In this document: piece after piece, positions 18,878 to 27,439 of the stretch
Numbering within the stretch: position 1 is the stretch's first letter
Layout: the number at the start of each line of letters is the position of its first letter
Assembly: GCA_964013405.1 (NCBI GenBank)
Contig: CAXGWI010000010.1
Span: 1-49,167 of the forward strand
Direction of reading: 5' to 3'
DNA from: an uncultured Myxococcales bacterium
GTDB lineage: Bacteria > Myxococcota > UBA4151
Length of the DNA stretch: 49,167 nucleotides
Notes under the pieces: model-generated
Seen by the model: only the letters and a program-made list of their open reading frames with translations
Told to the model about the DNA's origin: nothing
The model's database searches: none
Made by a program: the position numbers and the translations under genes

Positions 18878-19585
18878 CTACCCAGCATTGTTCATCCAGT
18901 CGAGAAGCCCTTGAAGGAGGGTGTCTCTGTGCCGAGCCACCAGGATTCTGGGGGCGGCGTTGCCCATCAGGTCTTCGACCCCTTGCCATAAGGCAGCATC
19001 CTCTTCCCGGTCCCGGTCGATGGTCAGCAGTTCGCCGCCGCCGTGGAGGTTGAGGACTCTCTCCGTCGTTTGGCAGCGCAGCCCGCGGATTGGAACATCG
19101 GGGGCTGCACCATGACAAACCAGCACGAGTTGCAGCGCTTCCATGCGGAGGACCCCTGTGTTGGGGACACGGGGGAGTGCCACCATTTGGGGCGCCCTGG
19201 GCCGTAACCAGCGATGACGGAGGATCGCAGCCAGCCCCTCTTTGGGGAGTTGGGGGCCATCGAGCGTCAAAAAGCCTTCTGGGGCCGTGACGATCCCGAT
19301 GCCGGCTTCGACAGCCATGCGTTCTTCCATCAACTCAGAGCGAGTCAGCAGCAGTGTTTCCGCTGCCCGCTCGAGCTCTTCATCCGATGCACCCGGTGGT
19401 CCCAGTTGGGTCGAAAGGTCCCGGGCAAAGGGGCGAAAAGCCGCCGAAAGTTGAGCGCCGACGAGGAGGACGGGAGCCGATGGTAATCGTAGGCTAGGGA
19501 CGGCTGAATCCAGTCCGATGCGGGCCCGTTGGCGCTCAAGATCGCCAAGAAGTAAGCTCTCGGCGTTCAGTGCCTCTGCTCCCAA
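18878..19585 (-). CDS. Hypothetical protein
   Basis: 235-aa ORF tiling the gap in a co-oriented block. No recognised motif. Confidence 0.55.
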   Translation of the reverse strand: MGAEALNAESLLLGDLERQRARIGLDSAVPSLRLPSAPVLLVGAQLSAAFRPFARDLSTQLGPPGASDEELERAAETLLLTRSELMEERMAVEAGIGIVTAPEGFLTLDGPQLPKEGLAAILRHRWLRPRAPQMVALPRVPNTGVLRMEALQLVLVCHGAAPDVPIRGLRCQTTERVLNLHGGGELLTIDRDREEDAALWQGVEDLMGNAAPRILVARHRDTLLQGLLDWMNNAG

Positions 19586-21480
19586 GCGGTCATGATGAGG
19601 CGAGTGATCCGGTGATCCGGCCGATCGGTGAGCTGCTCCATGGCCAGTTCAAGGGCCTCAGGGGCTTGGGCGCCTTGCGCCTGGGCCTGGAAGAATCGCT
19701 CGACGCCGGCTCTGAAGGCAGGTTCCATACTGGTTAACACTTGGAAGACGGCGGTGCCGTCGATGGGCACCTGCTGCAGACGGGCGAGCAGACCCGAGGG
19801 GGCGTCGGGAAGAAGGTGGGCTTCTCCACCGTCGAGTGGTTGCGCGCAGATGGGCGCTACGCGCGCCGCAATGCACTGAACCGGAAGGTGCTCTCCCTTT
19901 TGCATCACCTCGTGCAACCAGCCCACAGCGAGACGACGAAAACGGGCGAGGCTGGCGACGAAGACGATGACCAAGTCGGGATCAAACTGTCGCCCAGACC
20001 AGCGCCAAAGTTCGGCCAGCGCTCGCTGATGACTCAAGGCCCGCCGATAGGCTCGATGACTCGTCATGGCGTCGTAGGCATCAGCGATACAGGTGAGGCG
20101 GGCGAGGTCGCTGAGTTCCGAACTGGGCTGCCCTAAGGGATAGCCCCCCCCCTCGAAACGTTCGTGGTGGCCGTAGACCGCGGGTAAGAGGTCAGCCATC
20201 GCTTCCAGCGGTTGGAGCATCTCCATACCCACCACCGGATGGGATTCGAAGTGTGCTCGCTGCTCAGGACTGAGGGGGCCGGCATGATTGATCATGGAGT
20301 TGTCGAGGCGAACCTTACCGATATCGTGGAGGAGCCCTGCGTGTCCGGCCCGCTCCACTTGCCGGGGTGACCAGCCCATCCCAATGGAGACCAATCGGGA
20401 ATAGACGCTTACCCAATCACTGTGGCCCGCCGTGTATTCGTCATGGAGCTCCAGAGCCCGTACAAGGACCTCGATGGTCTGTCGGCTCGCCCGCTCCGAG
20501 CGGTAATGGAGAAAACGTTGCCGCAGAACGCTCTCGCAGGGCTGTACGAGGAGTTGTACTGCCCTTTGCCTGCCTGGGTGGAGCCGGTGGGTTCGATCGC
20601 CGTAGACGATCGCGAGGTAGCCCATGATCTCGGGGCTGCCGTGACTTGGTGCGGGCAGCAAGAGGGGGTGGATGAGGATCCGTCCAGGAGGCGGTTGATC
20701 CGGGTAGAGAGCGCTTCGTTCCGAGGCGGTTAGCTCGCGGACTTGCAAGCCAGGATCGAAGGCGGTGAGCGCATCGCTTAGGGGTAAGCCTGGCCCGTCC
20801 TCCCGGCCCAGGGACAGGCGGAGCGAGGGGCGTTTGTCGCCTGGCTGGCGAAGAATGGCCCAGCAGAGATCGCAGTCGCTTTCCTGGGCCACTGCTTCAA
20901 GAAGGCGGGCGAGGCCTTTTTCCGAGTCATCTCGGCTTGCGAGCAGATGATTGAGTTCAAGGAGGCTGGCCGCGTTGCGCAACTGCGCTTGTTCGACTCG
21001 ATTTTCGTGGGCTTCGACGGCTGCGTTGACCACGTCATCCAGGCCGCGGAGTGCTGGCTTGGTGAGATAATCATAGGCTCCAAGGCGGATAGCCTCCTTG
21101 GCCACCGCTTCATCGCCAAAGCCCGTCATAAAAAGCGAGGTAACGACGATCTCTGCTCTCGCCACCTCCCGCAGGAGCTCCAGGCCATTCATCGGCTCGT
21201 CCTGACCACTTTGAGAGAAGTCGTAGTCGGTTAGCAGCAGATCGACGGGCCCAGTGTAGAGGTGTTGAAGGGCATCCTCTGCGGAGCGGCATGCGGCCAC
21301 CTTTACATCATGCTCGAAGAGAATCTCGATTCGCTCCTTGAGCATTTCAAGGATCCCACCGTCATCGTCTGCGATGAGGATACGGAGTTCGCGGGGTTCG
21401 GACCCAAGGCTCATCGGCGTGGTGCGAAGCAGCCCGACGTCAGCGGGATCATGGACGAGACCTGACCAGCGTTGGGTCAC
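19567..21480 (-). CDS. Response regulator with GAF-like region and HD-GYP cyclic di-nucleotide phosphodiesterase
   Basis: Intact REC (IADDD, LLTDYD, FMTGFG, YLTKP). HD-GYP motifs YTAGHS, LLHDIGK, HHERFEGGGYP and IADAYDAMTSHRAYR. Confidence 0.93.
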   Translation of the reverse strand: MTQRWSGLVHDPADVGLLRTTPMSLGSEPRELRILIADDDGGILEMLKERIEILFEHDVKVAACRSAEDALQHLYTGPVDLLLTDYDFSQSGQDEPMNGLELLREVARAEIVVTSLFMTGFGDEAVAKEAIRLGAYDYLTKPALRGLDDVVNAAVEAHENRVEQAQLRNAASLLELNHLLASRDDSEKGLARLLEAVAQESDCDLCWAILRQPGDKRPSLRLSLGREDGPGLPLSDALTAFDPGLQVRELTASERSALYPDQPPPGRILIHPLLLPAPSHGSPEIMGYLAIVYGDRTHRLHPGRQRAVQLLVQPCESVLRQRFLHYRSERASRQTIEVLVRALELHDEYTAGHSDWVSVYSRLVSIGMGWSPRQVERAGHAGLLHDIGKVRLDNSMINHAGPLSPEQRAHFESHPVVGMEMLQPLEAMADLLPAVYGHHERFEGGGYPLGQPSSELSDLARLTCIADAYDAMTSHRAYRRALSHQRALAELWRWSGRQFDPDLVIVFVASLARFRRLAVGWLHEVMQKGEHLPVQCIAARVAPICAQPLDGGEAHLLPDAPSGLLARLQQVPIDGTAVFQVLTSMEPAFRAGVERFFQAQAQGAQAPEALELAMEQLTDRPDHRITRLIMTAWEQRH

Positions 21481-21490
21481 GACGACTCCC

Positions 21491-21811
21491 TTACCAGCGA
21501 AGCATGACGGTTGCCTGCCGCAGAGAGAGCATAAGCAGGCCGACTTGCGCCAGGCAAAACCCGATCAGCCCTGGATTGGGGTGACAAACAAGGAGAACGA
21601 GTAGCCCGACGACTTCCAGACCGAGTTGGTGTCGTACCCGCCCGCGATCGACGGCCAAGGCAACATGGCCGCAGGCCGGCAAAAGGAGCGCCATGATCGC
21701 CCAAACCAGTGGCGTCGGGGGCCCTTCGGGGAGTTCTTGGAGATAGAGAAGGAGCGGGTAGGGGAGTCGCAGGAGACAAAGGGCCGCAAAAAATGAAAGG
21801 GGAGTGCTCAT
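21491..21811 (-). CDS. Small hydrophobic membrane protein (about 4 TM)
   Basis: 106-aa Leu-rich ORF between the rny-like and HD-GYP genes. GGGAG between its stop and the next start. Confidence 0.5.
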   Translation of the reverse strand: MSTPLSFFAALCLLRLPYPLLLYLQELPEGPPTPLVWAIMALLLPACGHVALAVDRGRVRHQLGLEVVGLLVLLVCHPNPGLIGFCLAQVGLLMLSLRQATVMLRW

Positions 21812-21822
21812 GCCCTGTTCAT

Positions 21823-21838
21823 TGCAGGTCCGAAGCCA
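21823..21838 (-). promoter_or_regulatory. Candidate sigma-54 (-24/-12) promoter
   Basis: Minus strand TGGCTTCGGACCTGCA has the exact GG-N10-GC spacing and is preceded by an AT-rich tract. Confidence 0.4.
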
Positions 21839-21884
21839 GATTGATTTCAGTGAAAAAACAAAGGCTTTACTTCTTATGGCTGGC

Positions 21885-23408
21885 TTAGCGGGCGCGCGTT
21901 TGTGCCACGACGCGACGGATGAGCGTCACGTTGATACTACCCGGGTATTCCATTTCTTCTTCGATTTGGTCCGCCATGTTTCGCGCCAGGTTCCGCATGT
22001 CTTCTTCTGAGGTTCGGATCGGCCGGCCGTTCCGGTCCTCTGTGTGAAGAATAACCCGTACTTCTCGGCCACCGTGCACCGCATAGGAATCATCGACGAT
22101 CCGGGGGCTTTTGGTGATCCGGTCCAGCTCTCGAAGACGCTGCTCATGGTGTTCGCCCATGTGATAGCGAGCCCCCGGTCTAGCGCCACTGATCGCATCC
22201 CCGGCAGCGACGACAAAGGGCTCAAGCCCGAGGGGAGGTTCATCGCCATGATGGGCACCAATACAGGATGCGACGCCCGCATGTTCATCTTCTGCCCGTG
22301 CCACTTCAGCACCGAGTACCGCATGCCCCCCCTCCGTGTCGTGGGTGAGGGCTTTGCCGATGTCATGGAGGATCCCCCCTCGTCTGCCGACGGGGCCGTC
22401 CAGACCGAGTTCCCAGCAGATCATCCCCGAGAGGAAGCCGACCTCTGCGGCGTGCCGCCACTGATTTTGCCGATAAGAGGTTCGAAACCGAAGTCGATCG
22501 AGAAGGCGACGCCGCTCCCCTTCTACCGCACCAACTTTCAAGGCCTTGATGCTTTGGTCTGAGCACCGTCCAGCGACGGCTTTCATGGACCGGGAAATGC
22601 CGTTGAGGCGTCGCTCTAGTTCCTCACCTGTTGGTAACTGCCCGCCGCCAACAAGATCCTCAGCGAGGCGACGAACGGCCTCTTTCCACCACGGGTCTGC
22701 CCCTTTAACGCTGTAGTAGCCCTCCCGCTCCGAAGCGACGATCTCCATCTCGCGGGCTTCTTTGAGTTCGGCGCTCCAAGCCACCAGCTCGAGACCTCGG
22801 GCTCCGTTATCGCAGCGAAACCCTGTGGAGAGGCGGGGGGCGAAATGACTATCAATATATCGTTCTGAGCAGCGTTGGATGATCTGTCGGACCCAGGTTT
22901 CCTGTTGTGACTCAGTCCGTTGTGCGCCCTGACGAGCAAGGCGCTCGGTGCGTTTTTGTTGGTCGGAGATGAGCTCGGCCTCGAGTTGCTGCAGTAAGTC
23001 TGCTGGGTCGATGTCCGCCTGGGTGGCGAGCCCCTCTTGGAAGGAAGCCTGGAGGCTGCTTAGACGGTCGCTGCGGTTCTTGCGGCGATCCCGAAGGCTC
23101 TGATGCCGTCGTTCGATGGCTTCGAAGGCGGCTCGAGCGAATTCAAAGGCTTTCACCTCTTCTTCGTCGATCGCGGCACGCTCGATGCGGTCCTCGAGTT
23201 GCTTCACCTTTCGTTGCCTGCGGGCGAGTTCGGAGCGCCTTCGGCCTAGGCGATGACGATGACGACCGGCCATGCGGCGCCGGAGTTTCTGTTCTGCCCG
23301 AGCACTGTTTGGTTGTTCTTTAGGCGCTTGGGCTGCTCGAACCCGCAGTCGGTCCGCCAGCAGAAGGACGAAAAACCCAGCAAAGGCACCAATTAATCCG
23401 GAGATCAT
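21885..23408 (-). CDS. rny: Ribonuclease Y-like protein (TM, coiled coil, degenerate KH, HD domain)
   Basis: LRFRTSYRQN, LHDIGKA, GAHH, DAISGARPGAR, SYAVHGGREVRV and IEEEMEYPG.I.VT.IR. N-terminal TM present. The KH GRIIGxxG motif is absent. Confidence 0.85.
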   Translation of the reverse strand: MISGLIGAFAGFFVLLLADRLRVRAAQAPKEQPNSARAEQKLRRRMAGRHRHRLGRRRSELARRQRKVKQLEDRIERAAIDEEEVKAFEFARAAFEAIERRHQSLRDRRKNRSDRLSSLQASFQEGLATQADIDPADLLQQLEAELISDQQKRTERLARQGAQRTESQQETWVRQIIQRCSERYIDSHFAPRLSTGFRCDNGARGLELVAWSAELKEAREMEIVASEREGYYSVKGADPWWKEAVRRLAEDLVGGGQLPTGEELERRLNGISRSMKAVAGRCSDQSIKALKVGAVEGERRRLLDRLRFRTSYRQNQWRHAAEVGFLSGMICWELGLDGPVGRRGGILHDIGKALTHDTEGGHAVLGAEVARAEDEHAGVASCIGAHHGDEPPLGLEPFVVAAGDAISGARPGARYHMGEHHEQRLRELDRITKSPRIVDDSYAVHGGREVRVILHTEDRNGRPIRTSEEDMRNLARNMADQIEEEMEYPGSINVTLIRRVVAQTRAR

Positions 23409-26400
23409 GGCTCGGTAGATACAGGAGGCTCGCCCTCTGTTTCAACGGGCTTTGTCAGCGGGGGGGGGAGTTTGGCTGCAGGGGGCCGGATGGGGGGGCC
23501 TGGGACCGGCAAAGTGTCCACTTGAGGCGGCTCGTCTGTTTCGACCTGGCTCAGGGGCGGCTCGCTCTCTTCGACGGGGTTCGCCGTCGCGTCGGTGACT
23601 GGAGTTGCCGGCTGGGGCATGCTCACCTTTGGTCGTGGGCTTGGTGGCGTATTCTGGGTCGTGGTGGGCGTCGGGATATTGCTCCGGCGGGTCATCACCT
23701 CGTGGGCCTGCCTTAGCCGCTCATTGAGTTGTCGAACTCGGCGGTCTGAGCGCTCCCGCTCTTCTTCGAGTTGCCTGCGCAGTCGCTCGGCCTCGCTGCC
23801 ATCGGTGGAGGGCCGGGGGAGACTGCTCATCTGAACCTGGCGGTTGAGGTCGGCGACTTTACCTTGAGCTTTACCAAGTTGGGCCCGGAGGGCTTGCTCC
23901 ATCGCCTCGGCTTGCGCCTGACTCGCATTCAACTCTTCTTGGAGGCGGGCCAGATCGGCGGCTCTGGCCTTCGCCGTCTCTTCGGCCAGCCTTGCCCGTT
24001 GCCCGAGTTCTTCCTCAGCCTGGTCAATCGCTGCCTGTTGGTCCGCTTGAAGCTGTTCTGGCTCCAGGGCTTCCCGTTCGAGTTGGGTGATACGACTTCG
24101 GGTTTCCTCGAGGGCCTGTTCTCGATGAGCGAGTCGTTTTTGCAGAGCATCCATGCGTTCTTTGACCTGGGCAATCCATTGTTCTCGGCTCTGTCGAAAA
24201 CGAGCGAATTGGGCTGCTTGCGCTTCCTGTTCCGTACGCTGGGTTTCCAGGGCATGTTGGCTTGTCTCAAGAGCTTGCTGAAGACGCTGCTGCTCCCGCT
24301 CGAGATCGCGGATTTGCTCCGTCTGTCCGGCGACGGATTCAGTCTCACCGCTGAGGGATTCCCGCAGCGAAATGGCTTCCTCGCGATGAACGGTGAGTTG
24401 CTGCTTGAGGCCGGTGATTTCTTTCTCTTTTCGCCCCAGAACGACCTTCATTTGGTTGAGTTGCTCTCTCGACTCGCCATCGAGGTCTGTCAGGCGGCGG
24501 TTGAGTTCCAAGATCTCTTGATCCTTTTGATCGAGATCTCGGAGCCGATCACTGTTCTCAGCGAGGCGATCATCCAGGCTCCTACCCCGTGCCTCTGCGC
24601 TTTCTAGGTTCGCCTTGTAGGCTCCCAACTCGGCTTCCAATTCCGTCTTTGCGTGGCTGAGTGACTCCAAGTGCTGCTCACGGTCATTGAGTTCCGTGAG
24701 CAATTCCTCTCGCTGCCTGTGCTCAACCTGTAGCCGGCTGTCGAGGTCATCGGATTTTCGTTGGAGAGCTGTGAGTTGTTCTTTGAGTCGGCCCGCGGTC
24801 TCTTCGGTCTCAAGGCCTGACTGGCGCGTTCGCTCCAGTTCGGTTTCTCGAGTGCGAGACTCCTCATGACTGCGTTCTAATTCACGCCTGACACTCTCGA
24901 GTTCGGTGGTTCGCAGTTGCAATGATTCCGCAAACTCGCTGGTCTTTTGCTCCTCGTCACGAAGGGCCCGGCGGGTCTCATCCATACGCTCTTGGATTTG
25001 ACTAAACTCCTCGGCGCGGCGAGCGAGTTCCATATCCGCTTGTTCGCGGGCCTCTGTCGCTGCACGCAGTGCCTCTTCGGTCTCCATCAATTGGGGGCGC
25101 AATCGGCTCAATTCGCTATCTGTTTCACCACTGCGTTCAGTGGCGAAGCGGAGTTGCTCTTCTTGTTGCGCAATCTGCTGGTGGGCTCGGTGGAGTTGAT
25201 CGTTGAGGTCATGGGTGCGCTGGTCCTGCTCACTGATCTGGCGACTTTGTTCTTGGGCTTCCGCCTCAAGGCGCAGCAGGCTCTGCCTTAAGGTTTCCAA
25301 TTCGACCTTGAGCTTCTCGTTGCGCTCACCCGCATCGGTGAGCCGCTTGTCCAATTCGGACTCTCGAGTTGCTGACTGACGTAGCTGCTCATCCCGACCA
25401 CCGACAGCGCTCTCGAGTGCAGCGACCTGATTGCCCAGTTGATGGATGGTCTCTTCCCGTTCGCCGAGGGTCTCTTCCAGTTCCGCAGAGTTGGCGAGGC
25501 GGGCGTCTAAGCTGTCTTTAAGCTCCGCTTCTCGCTGCCGTGCTGCTTCCCGATCCTGCTCCACCTGCTGCAAGAGTTGTTGGCGAGCCTCTTCCGCACT
25601 GCGCCACCGGGCCGAGAGGTCTGCTTCCCGGGCCTTCGAGCTTCCTAGAGCCTCAGTGGCCTGATCGAGCCGGCTTCGGAGGGCCTCAGCCGCCGCCTCA
25701 TGAACCGCAGCTGCCTCTTCCTTGCTTCGCTGTGTCGTATCGAGGCGTTCGTCCAGCGCTTGGATGCGTTCCTGAGCTTCTTGTCGTTGTTGGGCCCGTT
25801 CATCCTTCAGGTCTTGGTTGGCTTGGCGCTGGGCCTCCAGTCGGCCCTCAAGCGTTGTGATGTGCCGCTGTCCTTCGGCCAGGTCTTGTGCAAGTTCCGT
25901 CTCTTTGAGTTCGGCTTGGTTGCGACTGTCCTCCAACTCGCTTTCGAGCTCGCGTAGTTGTTCTCCTCGCTCCGCCAGCCGTACTTCCAGTTGATTCCGC
26001 TCTTCCGAGAGCCGGCTTCGTTCACTTGCGAGTTCTTCACGCAGGGAACTGAGCTCGTGTTCCAACTCCCGTGTCTTGGTGTCGGCCCGTTCCCGCTCGT
26101 CGACCGCATTGCGCTGGCTGGCTTCTAGGCTCGCATTGAGGGCTGATGCCGCCGCTTCAAGTTCCCCGATACGCAACTCGCGGGCTTCGAGTCGCTCGTT
26201 CAGATCGCTCTCGACTTGGCTGTGGTGCTCCTGGCTGCTCTGGAGGTTCTCCTCCAACTGACCTCGTAGGGTCCGGCCGGCCTCCAGTTGCCCGGTGAGT
26301 TCGGCCTCTCGATTGGCATGGGCCTCAAGGCGGGCGCCGAGTTCGGCCAGGCGATGGTCGCGCTGATCCAGTTGGCTTCTGAGTTCTTGGACACTCGTCT

Positions 26401-27388
26401 GGCTCCCCTCAAGCCGGCTTTTTAGGTTCGACTCTCGACCAGAAAATTCATGGCGAAGTTCGTCCACGAGGGTCCGGTGGTTGTCGACTAACTCCCGCTG
26501 CTCTTCGAGGAGTTCGGCTCGAGCTTGGCTGACCCGCTGAAGTTCACTTTGGAGGCTGTGGATCTCCGCATTCCGGTCGGCTCGTTCTTCAGCACCGGAT
26601 GTCTTGAGGGCGTTCAGTTCTTCGAGCAGTCGGCGCCCCTCTTCTTCTAGGGCGACGACTTGGGCTTGCTTCGCTTCTCGTTGTCGTCTCGCTTCCTCTG
26701 CTTGATTATCTTTCGCTTCCGTCAAGCTGCGAAGATCGTGGCGCAGGCGCTCGATTTCCACCTCATGCTGGCGGAGAAGGCCTTCGGCTTTTCGGCCGCT
26801 CTCCTCCCGGTCGCGCCAGCTCCGCTCCACTCGCCGGAGTTCCTCTTCCTGAACCTTGAGTCGCTGGCGCAGAATCTGAATTCGCCGGTCGCTACCCACG
26901 TCGAAGGGATCTAAGTCCGCAACCTCGGGCAGTTGAGACCCCGGCTCGGGGAGGTCGATGTTTCCCTCCACTGATGTGGGCGCTTGAGAGGCGGGTCGAG
27001 GTGTTTCTGTGATGCCCTCCAGGGCAACCACCAACAAATCGGTGAGGGCCTCGGGTTCAGGCCAGCCGCGCACATAATCGGTGGCTGTCCCATGTTGCTC
27101 TCGGTGTTGGGCGACTGCGTCTTCGCTGAGGTCGCCCACATCGATCACAATAATCGATGCGGGCAAGGAGAGGGCTCGGATGCGATTACAGAGCGTCAGA
27201 CCGCGCGGGCCTGGCCGCTGGTGCTCCAAGAGGATCGCGTGATAATCGCCGGCCCGGAGCCGTGGTAGAGGGTCTCTCGTCTCGACAAAGTCGACGACAA
27301 ACCGGGGGTCTCGAAGGCGGCTTGCGACTTCCGTGGCCCGATGGGCATCAGAGATGACCACCGCAATCTGCCAATTGACTTCAGACAT
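23405..27388 (-). CDS. AglZ/FrzS-like protein: pseudo-receiver plus ~1000-aa coiled coil and Pro-rich tail
   Basis: N-terminal GLTLCNRIR...AVAQHREQHGTATDYV resembles the FrzS/AglZ receiver (GY.IC.KLK...FAQHRKLK..ADEY), with Glu at the phospho-acceptor position. E/Q/R/L heptads run over most of the 1327 aa. Confidence 0.75.
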   Translation of the reverse strand: MSEVNWQIAVVISDAHRATEVASRLRDPRFVVDFVETRDPLPRLRAGDYHAILLEHQRPGPRGLTLCNRIRALSLPASIIVIDVGDLSEDAVAQHREQHGTATDYVRGWPEPEALTDLLVVALEGITETPRPASQAPTSVEGNIDLPEPGSQLPEVADLDPFDVGSDRRIQILRQRLKVQEEELRRVERSWRDREESGRKAEGLLRQHEVEIERLRHDLRSLTEAKDNQAEEARRQREAKQAQVVALEEEGRRLLEELNALKTSGAEERADRNAEIHSLQSELQRVSQARAELLEEQRELVDNHRTLVDELRHEFSGRESNLKSRLEGSQTSVQELRSQLDQRDHRLAELGARLEAHANREAELTGQLEAGRTLRGQLEENLQSSQEHHSQVESDLNERLEARELRIGELEAAASALNASLEASQRNAVDERERADTKTRELEHELSSLREELASERSRLSEERNQLEVRLAERGEQLRELESELEDSRNQAELKETELAQDLAEGQRHITTLEGRLEAQRQANQDLKDERAQQRQEAQERIQALDERLDTTQRSKEEAAAVHEAAAEALRSRLDQATEALGSSKAREADLSARWRSAEEARQQLLQQVEQDREAARQREAELKDSLDARLANSAELEETLGEREETIHQLGNQVAALESAVGGRDEQLRQSATRESELDKRLTDAGERNEKLKVELETLRQSLLRLEAEAQEQSRQISEQDQRTHDLNDQLHRAHQQIAQQEEQLRFATERSGETDSELSRLRPQLMETEEALRAATEAREQADMELARRAEEFSQIQERMDETRRALRDEEQKTSEFAESLQLRTTELESVRRELERSHEESRTRETELERTRQSGLETEETAGRLKEQLTALQRKSDDLDSRLQVEHRQREELLTELNDREQHLESLSHAKTELEAELGAYKANLESAEARGRSLDDRLAENSDRLRDLDQKDQEILELNRRLTDLDGESREQLNQMKVVLGRKEKEITGLKQQLTVHREEAISLRESLSGETESVAGQTEQIRDLEREQQRLQQALETSQHALETQRTEQEAQAAQFARFRQSREQWIAQVKERMDALQKRLAHREQALEETRSRITQLEREALEPEQLQADQQAAIDQAEEELGQRARLAEETAKARAADLARLQEELNASQAQAEAMEQALRAQLGKAQGKVADLNRQVQMSSLPRPSTDGSEAERLRRQLEEERERSDRRVRQLNERLRQAHEVMTRRSNIPTPTTTQNTPPSPRPKVSMPQPATPVTDATANPVEESEPPLSQVETDEPPQVDTLPVPGPPIRPPAAKLPPPLTKPVETEGEPPVSTEP

Positions 27389-27439
27389 CGGACGTTCCCG
27401 CCTTTGCAGACCCTCTTCCTCCCCTTAACCTAATCCACA

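Noticed and set aside
23405..27388. SMC or phage tape-measure protein
   Set aside because: No Walker motifs or hinge and no phage genes nearby. The N-terminus is receiver-like.
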